From Naegleria gruberi (taxonomy: Eukaryota): 64,000 bases of DNA. Shown piece by piece: positions 51,298 through 63,330 of this stretch (positions are counted from its first letter, which is position 1; the number at the start of each line of letters is the position of its first letter). Position numbers and translations under genes: made by a program. The notes beneath the pieces were generated by a model. It made no database searches. It had not been told where the DNA came from and saw only the letters and a program-made list of their open reading frames with translations. The DNA lies in NCBI GenBank assembly GCA_000004985.1, contig GG738918.1; one strand, 5' to 3'.

Positions 51298-53980
51298 TTA
51301 TTGTTTGAAATACGAACCAACGTAACCTCTTCCCGATCTTGAGGCTGGCACTCCTCTCTCTGTTGATTTAGCTCTGTGGCCAGGTGCAGTAGCTTTAGAG
51401 GAAAGAATTGATTTGGATTCATTGTTGGCAACTTGACTATTTGCAACCATTGACTTTAACTGACTTCTTTCTTCAATTAATCGTTTAAGGCTTTCTTTAC
51501 ATTGGTTATATTCTTTTTGAAGGTTATTTACATATTCAACAGCTTGTTGCAAAAGGGTTTCTTTTTCTTCTAATCTAGTTGACATCTTTCTGTTAAATTC
51601 TACTGAAATGTTGAGTTGAATTCTAGTATCTAGGAGTTTAGTCTTAGCATCCATAGCAAGAGCAATATCATGCAATTGTTTCAATACTTCTTGACTTGAT
51701 TCCATATCTTCGCTCTTCAGTAGTTCCAAAACTCTGTCTAATCCCATATGAATTTCAGAAAGTTCATTTCTTGTGGATCCTAGCTCTCTTTGCATTTCTT
51801 TTACAACCTCGTTGTGCAATGCAATTCTAGAAGAGGCTTGTTTAATCTCTTTTTCAATACCTGTTTGTGGGTTTGGTTCGATGAGGTCCTTTCTTTCCTC
51901 TAACAATAATTCAATTTCTTTCTTCATCTCTTCAATTACTGCAATGTGTTCAGATCTTTCCTTATTGATGGCATCTTGGAGCTCTTTCTTATGAGCCATG
52001 TTTGAATCGTTCAAGTTTTGTTGTGTAGCTTCTAATTTCTTTTCAAGTGCATCAATTAATTCTTGCTTCTTTGCAACTAGTTGTCTCAAGTTGGAATCGA
52101 GTTCAAGCTCCTCAATTCTTTCCTTGAATAAAGAATTTTCTTCTTTCAACACCTCAACTTCCATTTCCAAGTTTGAAATCTTTTCTTTGAGTAACCTCTC
52201 AGATCCAGCCTTGCTTAACTTGGCAGATTCCTCTTCTTCGTACTTTTTCTTAAGCTTTGCAACAAGCTCGTCAGCTTGGTCTTGCAATTGGAGATTCATA
52301 TTCTTTAATTCGTCATTTTCATTTTGAAGTAATTTTACCTCTTCTTCGTCAACCCCTGATGATGGATCTTGCAATAATTTCGCATACTTTTCTGAAACCA
52401 ATTTGTGTGCTTCTTTTTCAGTATCAAAATCCCTTGCCAAGTCTTCCGTCTTTTCCAAGAGTTGGTTGTAATCGGTGGTGAGAGTATTGAGCTCGTATTG
52501 GTACATTTCACATTGGTTTTGAATATCAGTCTTTTCCTTTTCTAACTTTTCAATCATTTCGTTAACTGGAGAGGAGTCGGCTTGAGAGGATTTAAATTCC
52601 TCTATTTGCAGATTCAAGTCGAGAATTTTACTCTCTAACTCTTGAATTTGCTCCTCCTTCTCGTTGAGTTGTTCCTTATTTACCTTAAATTCTTCCTCTA
52701 AAAATTGAGTATTCTCAGATAATTTCTTTAATCTTGACACTTCATCTTGTAATATTCTTAACTTATCATCAGTATCGATAGAAACTCTTGGTGTTCTGAC
52801 AGACTTCTTCAGTTCGTCATTTTCTGCCAATAGTGATTCTATTTGTTGCTGTTGTGAGTTAAGCAATGTGAGATACTCTTCTTCGTTAGAGTTTTCCTTG
52901 AGGTGCTCTTGAATGATTGAAACAGTCTTGTTCACATTATCTGCATTAGTCAACAGTTGACTGAGATTTGTACTATTTTCAACAATTGGTTCTCTTTCTT
53001 TTTCGGCTTCCTTTGCATAGAAAGCTGATAATTCTGCTGTTAGGTTGTGATTTTCTTCCTCAATTTGTCTCTTTTCGACTTCTCTAGCATTCAACAAGTC
53101 TTGCTTTTCAAGTAATTGTCTCTTGATTTCTGCAAATGCTTGATTAGTTTCTTCCATTTCTAGAATGGTCTTGGAGTATAAATCTCTCAATTCCTTGTTT
53201 TCTCTCAAGAGTGCAGCTTCATCCCTTCCTTCATTCTTAGGTTTTGATTTTTCATTATCATATTGAGAAAGAAGATCATCATACTTGGATCTGAGTGATG
53301 TTAATTCGTCCATTAATTCTTGTCGTTTCAAAGTTGCAATCTCTGCCTCCTTTCTGTATTTCTCCTTCTTTTCTTGCAGTACCTTGAATTCATCTTCCAT
53401 ATCTTTTACATTGAGTTGGAGTTTTTCAATTTCTGCTTGTCTTTGTTCTCTTTCCTTTTCTTGAACTGATATAATATTCCTGATTAATGTAAATTAGAAG
53501 AGTGATGATATTTACATACCTTTGATTGACGAGTTCCTTCTCAGAAATGTCCAAAACCTTTGAAATTTCAACAACTTGACCTCTCAGGGTTTCATTCTCT
53601 TCTCCTACAAGGTTCATATGCTCCTCTATGGTTTTATTCCTATCAGAGAGAATTTTAATTTCCTTATTATATTCTAACTTAATTTGATTAATATCAGAGA
53701 GTTGAGATTCATTATTAGAGAGTCTTGATATTGATTCCTTTTGTTTTTGTATTTCCTCCTTCAACTTTTTAATATCATTTTCTCTTCTAGAATTGATGGT
53801 TCTTAAGGCTTCGGCCTTTAATGATGATCAGCATTAAATTGTATTTGCCTTAATACCTACCTCCTTCTCTGCAAAAAGTACCTCTTCTACTAAGACCGAT
53901 AGATCCTTCTTCCTGCTGATTAACTCTCCTTCCAACTCTTGGATTCGGTAGTTTGCCTCTTCTAAGGATTTAACTGGCAT
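51298..53980 (-). CDS. Long coiled-coil protein (about 865 aa), family unknown
   Basis: Three exons 53861..53980, 53520..53815 and 51298..53479 join in frame through 45-nt (GTAGGT..TTAAAG) and 40-nt (GTATGT..AATCAG) introns. Almost entirely E/K/L/Q heptad sequence. Confidence 0.75.
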
Positions 53981-54095
53981 ATTATTGTTGGCGCTTTTTT
54001 TAAAATGATAAAAATTTTATGCGTAACGGTCTGTAACAACAACATGTTCGGTTCAATGAATAAGTTAGTGATAGTTGATGGTGCATTGGCTTGTC

Positions 54096-55157
54096 CTATT
54101 GATTAGTAGTATCAAAGGAGCCAGGACTAGCTAGGCAAACCAAATGCATCGAGGAGTAATCAGAAAAGAGTAATCTTCCTCCCTTATTGTCTATATGAAT
54201 ACCAATTGGATTAATTATTGAGCCATGAGTAATTTTCTTGACGAGTTCTCCTGTTGGGGTGAACACTTGAATGGCATTGGCAAAATCAGATGCATATATA
54301 TAATCATTAGAGTAGTCGATTGACAAGCCATAAATATCCTTAAATGTTCCAAACGAATTCACTACTGTGTAAGAGTCACCATCTTGTCTCAACACAAATA
54401 TCTTTCTTTTATCACAATCTCCAATAATTAAATCTCCCAAGCTATTGAATGATATTGACCAAGGACCAAGTAAATCCGAGGCAAGGCTTATGCTTCTCAA
54501 AACTGAACCAGTATTCGAATCCAAAAATTGAATTTGTTTCTCAGTCTTCTCACAAACCAATATCAGATTCTGATTGTATGGTCTATATTTTATGGTTAAT
54601 CCCTGTGGATCAGTTACTTTTCTTGTCCATTCCTTTATATCTGGAACTGCAAATTTATCTTTCGAATCACACAACAATGTAGACAATTTACATTTTACAA
54701 CTCCAAATTTTGTGTTGGTAAAATACAAGTACAATTCTCTAGAATCAATAATCTCAATGGCCATATATCTTGGTCGAACAGAATCAGAATGCCAATCAAT
54801 TACTTTCTTTTGTTTTAAGGTATTATAATCAAATACAACAATTCTATTCTTCAATTGATCACAAACCAAAATACACTGATAATCAGTTGAAATTTTAACA
54901 TCCAATGGATAGGACATGTTGTCTCCATTCAATTTTCCAACATTTGCATCAAAACGTTGATAATCAAATCCAACATATTTTGCATATTTTCTCATCTTTG
55001 ATTGAAGAAATCTAAATAATGGTCGTGTGTGCTCTAAATCCTGCTCCGAATCGTCAATTTTTGAAACGTGATCAAGAAGATACATCCGATCAGAAGTAAC
55101 AAAATCGACAAGTTGCACCACAACACATCCAAGGTTAGTTATCAAGTTTGTCGACAT
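54096..55157 (-). CDS. NHL-repeat (six-bladed beta-propeller) protein
   Basis: 353-codon ORF with an A-run before the ATG at 55157. Repeated blades such as 'GPWSISFNSLGDLIIGDCDKRKIFVL', 'IYGLSIDYSNDYIYASDFANAIQVFTPTGELV' and 'PIGIHIDNKGGRLLFSDYSSMHLV'. Confidence 0.65.
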   Translation of the reverse strand: MSTNLITNLGCVVVQLVDFVTSDRMYLLDHVSKIDDSEQDLEHTRPLFRFLQSKMRKYAKYVGFDYQRFDANVGKLNGDNMSYPLDVKISTDYQCILVCDQLKNRIVVFDYNTLKQKKVIDWHSDSVRPRYMAIEIIDSRELYLYFTNTKFGVVKCKLSTLLCDSKDKFAVPDIKEWTRKVTDPQGLTIKYRPYNQNLILVCEKTEKQIQFLDSNTGSVLRSISLASDLLGPWSISFNSLGDLIIGDCDKRKIFVLRQDGDSYTVVNSFGTFKDIYGLSIDYSNDYIYASDFANAIQVFTPTGELVKKITHGSIINPIGIHIDNKGGRLLFSDYSSMHLVCLASPGSFDTTNQ

Positions 55158-55363
55158 TTTTTTTTCTATTTTTAAATTTCATTATTTCTTAATAAAAACT
55201 GGGAGAGAACAAGGAAATTGAGAGAAAAAGGTTGAATTGAAGAAAAGTTATTCGAAAAATATAAGGAAATTATAGGACAAATAGATGGAATGGTTCGCAA
55301 TTATTTTAACTAAATATCTCTCAATCAAGGCTTATCATTTTTGGTCAACTAATATTGAAAACA

Positions 55364-56959
55364 ATGTCTCTACGACTATTCGAAAGCAAAATGATCTACC
55401 ACTCTGTAGATCAATCATCAAATTCTTCATCAAATTCAACAACGATCAATAGCTACAGTGCATGTCCCGATTGGTTTCCTTATCATTTAGCACTGAATTT
55501 AAATTCAAGTAATTCTTTGAATATGGAATGTCCTGATACTATAGTTGTTCCTATATTTGCTGGAGTTGTTTTATTCTGTTTTATTATATTCACTGTAACT
55601 GGTTTAATTTGTTTATTTTGGAAGAGAAATTCTGCCTACATTAGAGCTAGGTCATTCTCTTCATTGCTAATGACCATTTTGTCAAACACGTTGATTTATG
55701 GCATGGTTTCAATGAGATGCTTGATTGGAAAGGATGATTTTCCTTGTTTTTTAATGTCATTGTCGACCTTCCTTATTGGACCTTTATTTTCCATTCCTTC
55801 AATTGTCAGAGGAATTCGATTAATTATATTATACAGGACTACATTGGAAAGAACAAAGACTTTCAATAACACGGACACCTCTTCCATGAATAAGGTTGAG
55901 AATTTTAATTGTGGAGAAACAACAGTTACTAATTGGTCAGACGAAGTGGAAAAGAGAGATTCCAAGCAACTGAAATATCTTAATCTTGCCAATCGATTAT
56001 TACAAAGCCATTTGTTTACAATAGTATTTACAACCTTGATGCTTTTTTTGCATATTCTTATTTGGATGACTATTGGACTGATTGAGGATCAATACTATTC
56101 CTCTAATAGATTCATCACCACAAATAGTAGTATGTTTAATTATAAGGGGTGTTACTCAAGTGGACCTTCTGGAATTATAATCACTTCCTTTGTTGCGTTT
56201 TATCTGGCAATTGATTTGATTGTAATTATTGTCTTATTCTTTACAACAGAAAAAGATACATTTAGAATCAAATCAGAGTTGATCATCCTGTCAGTTTCGA
56301 GATTGTTTCTTGTTGTGATTTATTTCATAGCTACCCAAGTTCAGTTTTTCAAATATCTGGCAAGAATTATTCCAAACAATCACATTTTTCTTTCGTATGC
56401 TTTCGTTGAGATTATTATTTCAATTCTGTGGCCTGTTTTCAGAGAATCAATGCAGAAACGAGGTGAGCATAAAGTGTTGGAAAGTGAAATTGAATCCGTG
56501 CTCAACAACAAGGAAACTTTGAAGGTTTTGTTGGATTTTGCAAGGAGAAGTTTTTGTCCTGAAGGAATTCTATTTTACAAAGATGTGCAACATTACAAAA
56601 AATTGGTAATCAAGTATCAAGATCATGAATTCAATACAGCATTTCATAACACAGAAACAATCAAGAAACATCGATCAAATGTGCAAAAGTTAGTTTCGAA
56701 TATTGTGAAAAGCTACTTGGCTGAAGGAAGTGTCAATGAATTGAATTTGCCAAATGTCAAAATATTGAGGAATGACATTAATGCTAAACTAGCAGAATTG
56801 GAACATAACCATTCACCTTATCCCGTCGATTTATTTGATTCTGCTCAAGTGGAAACATTACTTACAATTCTTGGATTATACGAAAGATTGAAATATTCCA
56901 ACAAGTCAATTCTAGACTATTCTACACATTGGAGATCAAAAACAACTCCTCACATCTGA
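55364..56959 (+). CDS. Seven-transmembrane RGS protein (7TM-RGS), paralogue 2
   Basis: The track start is a TTG; the first ATG is at 55364. It is collinear with the 41830..43440 protein: 'CPDWFPYHLALNLNSSNSLNMECPDTIVVP', seven hydrophobic helices, and an RGS-like 'LKVLLDFARRSFCPEGILFYKDVQHYKKL ... YLAEGSVNELNLPN'. Confidence 0.7.
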   Translation: MSLRLFESKMIYHSVDQSSNSSSNSTTINSYSACPDWFPYHLALNLNSSNSLNMECPDTIVVPIFAGVVLFCFIIFTVTGLICLFWKRNSAYIRARSFSSLLMTILSNTLIYGMVSMRCLIGKDDFPCFLMSLSTFLIGPLFSIPSIVRGIRLIILYRTTLERTKTFNNTDTSSMNKVENFNCGETTVTNWSDEVEKRDSKQLKYLNLANRLLQSHLFTIVFTTLMLFLHILIWMTIGLIEDQYYSSNRFITTNSSMFNYKGCYSSGPSGIIITSFVAFYLAIDLIVIIVLFFTTEKDTFRIKSELIILSVSRLFLVVIYFIATQVQFFKYLARIIPNNHIFLSYAFVEIIISILWPVFRESMQKRGEHKVLESEIESVLNNKETLKVLLDFARRSFCPEGILFYKDVQHYKKLVIKYQDHEFNTAFHNTETIKKHRSNVQKLVSNIVKSYLAEGSVNELNLPNVKILRNDINAKLAELEHNHSPYPVDLFDSAQVETLLTILGLYERLKYSNKSILDYSTHWRSKTTPHI

Positions 56960-57117
56960 TCATGATTCAAATAATTGCATCATTCTCATATGCTTCCTTT
57001 TAACTTTCAACTTTGAATTTTAACAAGTTGTTCAAAGTTCATCCTTAAACTATTTTCAAATTTCTATTTCAGAATTGAAATAGTTTACTTCAATTTCCCT
57101 CCCACCTATCTAAAAAA

Positions 57118-57417
57118 ATGGTCAACTGCCCCAAGACGATCAATGCCTATTGTGTCAAGTGTAAAACACATAAAGAACACAAAGTTTCACAATACAAGGC
57201 AGGTAAAACAAGACGTACAGCTAAAGGTCAAAGATTTTATGTCATTAAACAGAAAGGATATGGTGGACAGACAATGCCAATCTTTCACAAGAAGGCAAAA
57301 ACCACCAAAAAGATTGTTTTGAAATTGTATTGTAAAGATTGTAAAAGATGTAATCAGAGATGTTTGAAAAGATGTAAACATTTTGAGATTGGTGGAAGAA
57401 AGAAGAGTGAAATGTAA
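57118..57417 (+). CDS. RPL36A: Ribosomal protein eL42 (L44e/L36a family), unusually divergent and C-terminally short
   Basis: 'ctaaaaaaATGgtc'. 'MVNCPKT...[20 protein letters not shown]...[32 protein letters not shown]...[10 protein letters not shown]' compares with the canonical '[27 protein letters not shown]...[26 protein letters not shown]...KRCKHFELGG'. Confidence 0.85.
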   Translation: MVNCPKTINAYCVKCKTHKEHKVSQYKAGKTRRTAKGQRFYVIKQKGYGGQTMPIFHKKAKTTKKIVLKLYCKDCKRCNQRCLKRCKHFEIGGRKKSEM

Positions 57418-57708
57418 AATGTGGAATTGGAGAAATATAATGGAGATTTTAGAGTGCTTTGGATATGAAATTGTGTTATTCGAAATAGTGGAAATTGCAT
57501 TCGAATGCAATTTAATATTTGGAGAAAATGATTCATCAGAATTAGGATCATTGAAATTAGTAAACACTAATTGAATCAATTTCAAAAACTTATAATTCCT
57601 CTTCTAAGCCTAATCCAAATTTGTTAATTCTACATTTTTAACACTTTAATACTTTAGAATATTTCCAACCGAATCATTCTAAACTCAGAAATTAAACTCA
57701 AAAAGAAA

Positions 57709-59338
57709 ATGAAGATCCCCATCGAATCAATTTGGAAACAATCTTTCAAACAGTCTCAAACTCAATTTCCCAAACTCAGTGGATTAGGTCCAGAGGTGGT
57801 AAATTTCATTCATTTTAAATTATTCGAAATAATGTTTTTTGTTATTTAAGGATGTTTGTGTTGTGGGAGGAGGTGTATTTGGCTTACAAACAGCATTGAA
57901 ATTAGTGGAGAAGGGTAAGAAGGTTGCAATTGTTGAAAGTGGACAAGTTGGTTCTGGAGTTTCGAATAACACAACAGCTAAGGTTTCTGCACTTCATTCC
58001 ATTATTTATTCGAAAATTGAAAAGAAATTTAATAGAAGTGTTTCCTCCCAATATGCCCAAATGAACATGGCAGGCGTGAGAGAAATGGGAAATACTATCA
58101 AGAAGTATGGTATCGAATGTGATTGGACTAAATCAGATTCGTATACTGTTGCCCTTTCAGATAGCGAATTGAGAATTGTTCAAGATGAAATTGACGCTGC
58201 CAATCATGCTGGTCTATACGGAGTAGATTACATCTATCCAGATCATTTAAAAGAAATACCATTTCCAAATAAGGGAGCCATTCGTCTAAAAGATCAATAT
58301 GTCTTCAACTCATTTGCCTATTGCCAAGGTTTAGCCAAAGCATTAGAAAAGAGTGGTGTCTTTATTTATGAGAATTCTCGTGTGCATGGTGTAGAATATG
58401 CCTCTCCGCACATTATTTCAACCAATGAAGGAAATGTAATGGCAGATAAAGTTGTCATTGCAACACATTTACCAATTTTAGATAGATCTGGACACTTCTC
58501 AGTGATTGAAGCACAATCTTCCTATTGTGTTGCATTCAAAATGAAAGAAGGAGTCAAAGCACCTATTGGAAACTATATAACTATTGGAAAGTGCGACGAA
58601 TTTGGAATCAAGTCAATCAGAAGTGCAGAAAATGGTAAAATCCTCATTATTGCTGGTAATAGCAACAAGTGTGGTGAATTCCATCCAACAGGAAACAGCC
58701 AAGATATTTACGATAATTTAATCGAATTTGGTTTTAATAATTTCAAAGTTGAAAAGGCAATTTGTGGTTGGTCAGCTCTTGATTACTTTACTGCAGATAC
58801 GATTCCATACTTTGGATTATTGCATCATGGTATTAATACTGTTTATACGGCAACTGGTTGTAGAAAGTGGGGTTTCTCCAATTTGAGTGCTGCCTCATTA
58901 ATCGTTTCAGATATGATATGCGAAACTCTTGATCCAGACACAACTGGCCTGTGGTCTCAAACATTCGATGCCAGAAGATGGGATCTCACCAAATCAACCC
59001 TCTCAATGGTCAAATTCCAATCCAATGTTGCCAAACATTTCGTCGCCACCAGAATTCGTGATGTTATTAAGGCAAGAACAATAGATGAATTGGGAATTGA
59101 AGATGGTGGAATTTGTAAACAAGGATTAGAAACAATAGCTGCATATAGAGATGGTAAGGGTGAATATCATCTCTTCCATCCAACATGTACTCATTTGGGA
59201 TGTCATTTGGATTATAATAATGCTGAAAAGACATTTGACTGTAGTTGTCATGGAAGTAGATTTAAGGCAACTGATGGAGAAGTAATTCATGGACCAGCTG
59301 TGAAGCCATTAACTCCATTACCTTTGAATAAATTGTAA
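57709..59338 (+). CDS. FAD-dependent oxidoreductase (DAO-type) fused to a C-terminal Rieske [2Fe-2S] domain
   Basis: Exon 1 (57709..57798) joins exon 2 (57851..59338) in frame through a 52-nt GTAAAT...TTTAAG intron. FAD-binding '[30 protein letters not shown]'. Rieske motif 'CTHLGCHLD...CSCHGSRF'. Confidence 0.8.
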
Positions 59339-59764
59339 TTCATAGTATTAAATATAATATTTAATAGAGTTTACAATTTATTGCAATGACAATTTAGATG
59401 TTAAAAATTTGAATAGTTTTAGATATTGAACCTATCTCGGGATGATTATCAATTTAATTCTTCTTCAATAACTTTCTTCTCAATTACATTAGAAACTTAA
59501 CTTAACTAAACGAATTGACCAATATCCACATTCTTATCAAATAAATCAACAATTAATGCACTCATACGACTGTTAATGGTCGTAATTTGAAAATAACAAA
59601 ATCGGTGATGTGAATATGTCATCATCCAACATCACAAACGTCAAGAGCAATAAAAAAAAAGCTGTCACTCATCAATTTTAATTAAAAATTACACTGAAAA
59701 GATATTGTATTTAAAACACATAACACAGTGAGCATCTACACAATAGAAAACGAACCTTTTCAAA

Positions 59765-62700
59765 ATGGATCCAAAGAAGAAGGGTGAATTATTAGCCCCA
59801 ACTTTTGACAAACTTCAAAAGTTTTCTGAAATGATTACAGCTGCCCTATTCACAGCTCCAATTCATTGTCAGATATATAAACAAAAACTTAGACAAGCTG
59901 CTGAGGTGGAGAGAACAGTCGAGTCTGAGAATCAGGTACAATTGGTTTCTGCCTCCTCACCAACACCAACCACTAATCTTTTATCGACACCATCAGGTTT
60001 ATCAGGTGGAAGTGTGAGTTCTCCAGTGTTGGCTGGTACCTCTCCATTGATTGTTGGTGTTTCCACGTTGAATATTACTAGTGGTGATGATGGTGCTTCT
60101 TCTAATAATAATTCGGCAACATCACCTTCATCTTCATCTTCTACAACAACAACAAATAATTTGCAACCTTCTACAACAACAACATCAGCATCAGCATCAA
60201 CAACAACAGAAGTTGTAGCAAATAGTGATGAAAAGTTAGTTGAGAATAGTTTGAATGGTGGTACCACCACAGTAGAGGCCTCTGCAACAACAACTCCTTC
60301 TATTACTACTACAACAACAACAACAACAACAGCAGCAAATATTGTTGAAGAAGAAGAAGATAAATTTGAGGCTAGAAAAATTGAGGTCGAAGTTGATTGG
60401 GAGAGTTTTAACGAATTGTTTAATACATTGTTTAATGAGGGAGCTCCTGAGGTGATTGATACAATTTTGAATTCATTCCTTTCAAAGTCTTGTGCTGCCT
60501 CTCTGATTGGTACTTTAATATCACAATACTGTAAACCACCACAAAATCGTAAGTTATTTTCTAATAATTGGTTCATGTGATGTATATAATAATAATTATA
60601 TGTTTAATTAATTAACAATATTGTATATGAATACAAAACGACAAAACGACCACTATTGATCTCGTATATATTATTAAATTGTATTCATCCACATACTAAT
60701 TGTATCTCTCGTTAATCATGATAATACAACAATAATATCAAAATGACAATATTAAATTAATACTAATAATATTGTGAATAATAATAATAATAACAACAAA
60801 TAACAACAAATTATAATAGATAATGAAAAATCAAAACACGTATATATTAGAGATTTTCTTCAACAAAACTTGAAAAAGTACGTGATTAAATACAGTGATG
60901 ATCCACGTGATGTTGGATATTATAAAGATGGTGTTATTGTTGATGTGGTTGAAATTGAAGTTACTCAAGATGAAACTATTCAATGGATATTTAGAGATAT
61001 AACTAAAAACCTTGACAGATGTACAGATATTCAACAATTTATCATTGAAAAGTATTATATTCCAGAGTTTGAGAGAAGAATTTTGAATGAATTTTTGCAT
61101 CCACTCAAATTACAAGTGAATTGGGATCACATGAAATATGCTGCCTTTGATTATCCACGTGCAGTTGAGAGAATTTACAAGGAACAATCACAATGTGTTC
61201 TAGAACAAGTTTATTTAGCAATGAGTGATATTTGTGCATATGAGGAGGATGATCTAGTTGATGCTCTTTCACTTGGTTTAACAACAATTGCTATTACTCT
61301 TCAACCAAGTCCACACTCTGGCACAGGAGAAAGACCAAAGAAGGATTTTGACATTCATGAAGCAACTAGAACACTTACATTACGTTTGGTTTTAGAAGGA
61401 CATGATATGAATGGCATGTTCTTTAGAGATGAATTAAAGCCAATTATCAAATTGGCTGGTTTGTACAGTACAGATATTACACCACTTTTCAAATTTGAAA
61501 TTTTAGCTTCTGCAGCTCAATTGTATAAAGTACGCGAATATGCTGATTTGAGTGGTATGAAGAGATTACTTTCTAGACCAGATTTGAATTGGTGGACTCC
61601 AACTGAAGTTGAAAAATCAATCATTGATAAGGCACGTGTCTTTATCAATGAAAATATTCGTAGACGTGACTCAAAGAAGAGTGGTTCACAACATTCCAAC
61701 GATGAAAATATCATGAATAATTATGAAGATGATGGTATGGGAGAGGATGAAGGTTATGATGACGATGAAAATATGAATAATCCATATCATGAAGAAATTA
61801 TTAAGGGATGGCATGTTATCAAAGTTAACAAACATCAAATCAATCAAGATCGTTATTTAATTTTGACTGACAAGGCATATTGGACATTAAAATATGATGC
61901 CAAGACAGGTTTTGATCCAAAACACTTCAAGAGACACGATATTTGCAATTTCTATTTCACAGAACAAGGTGATATTGAAAATACAAAGAATGGTGCCATT
62001 CAAGCTCTTAAAGTTTACTTGCATGAAAAGAGAAAGAAGGGCATGATTTCTGCTGAAGAATCTGCTGCCATTGTAGGCAATGGAAGAAAGGGTTCTATCA
62101 GTGTTCGTGCCTCTATGAAGTTTACAACCTCTGCTGCAGGTCAACAATTTGCCTTCTTGCAAACATTGAGTTATCAATTATTGCAGGACAGTGGCATTCC
62201 TAGAACTCGTGTGAAAAAGAAGAAGGCCGAAAGAGCACGACCAGAAAGAAATAAGGATGTAACTGAATATGCTAGTTTATTCTTACCTCACAGTGAGGAA
62301 AAGGAGTTTGATGTTGAGGATATTAAGAGTATTCTGACGGAAATTTCTTGGTGTTTGTTTGCTGTTGCCAATGCAAACTCTAAGAGAATTCACCCTAACT
62401 ATAAGGTCATCGAGCCATTCTTCTCAATCAAAGATTTTACAGTTCCAAAATCAAAGTGGTTCTCTCCATTTGTTAACATGTTTAAGAGTCCTAAGAAAAC
62501 ATCAACAACAACTACCACCAAGGAGAAGAAGATTGCCCGTAAGGATCACGGAAAATCTGGACATACTGATCCAACAAAAGAAGATGAAGAAGAAGGACAA
62601 ACTTCAACAACTTCTGGAGAATTCGTCACAAAGAAACAACCACTTCCAGTTGACAAACAACAACATACCAAACCAATTCTTAAAATCAGACAAGAAGAAC

Positions 62701-62924
62701 AAAGAATTAGTTTCAATCCAAACTTTAGAGCACCAGCAACTACAGGTTACACACCGACTGGTGTCATTATCACTAAGGAGGATGAGGAAAAAGGTCAAAG
62801 CCGAAGAATTACCTTCAAGGCAACAGCTAGAGTATTCTACACTGGTAATGAAGAAGATCAAAATACTGGTTTCTATGCTGTAGAGGAAGATTTAATTGAC
62901 GAAGAAGTAGATGAGGTTCAATAA
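59765..62924 (+). CDS. Hypothetical protein with an S/T-rich N-terminal exon and a large C-terminal exon, family unknown
   Basis: ORF 59765..60580 contains a consensus donor 'c|gtaagt' at 60549. ORF 60870..62924 has no ATG for about 88 codons and stays open upstream to 60804. Joining 60548 to 60853 (acceptor 'tattagag') is phase-compatible and implies a 304-nt, extremely AT-rich intron. The join is inferred, not proven. Confidence 0.45.
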
Positions 62925-63330
62925 TCATTTTGTAATTATTAAATTTTAGGACAAATTCAAATCCAAATATATTGAATATAGCACTCATTGTACGTGCCAT
63001 TATTGTTGTCTACTGTAATAGATGACACACCTTGTGAGTGCACGTTGTAAAGTATGATCCCAACAGACAACCCTCCTCTACAAAAATTAAAAAGAATTCC
63101 AATCAAGTTATGATTCAAATAAAATACAAATTATTTAAAATTGTTGTGAAAATTTGTAAAAATTCAATTTATTACACGTTCAATGAAAATTGAAAACAAA
63201 CCATTGAAGCCAAACAAAACTTTTCATTGTAAAATTTTCAGTTCTCTTTGTCGCTTATTTAAATTAATTTAAGCGCTAGCTATTTTAATTCATTTCATCC
63301 AATTTTAGAATCATTTCCAAGACAAAAAAA

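Noticed and set aside
59932-60576. 214-codon ORF antisense to the S/T-rich gene.
   Set aside because: It is an artefact of ACA/ACC/TCA repeats, which read as poly-Val/Gly on the opposite strand. The plus strand has the ATG, non-repetitive termini and a splice donor.
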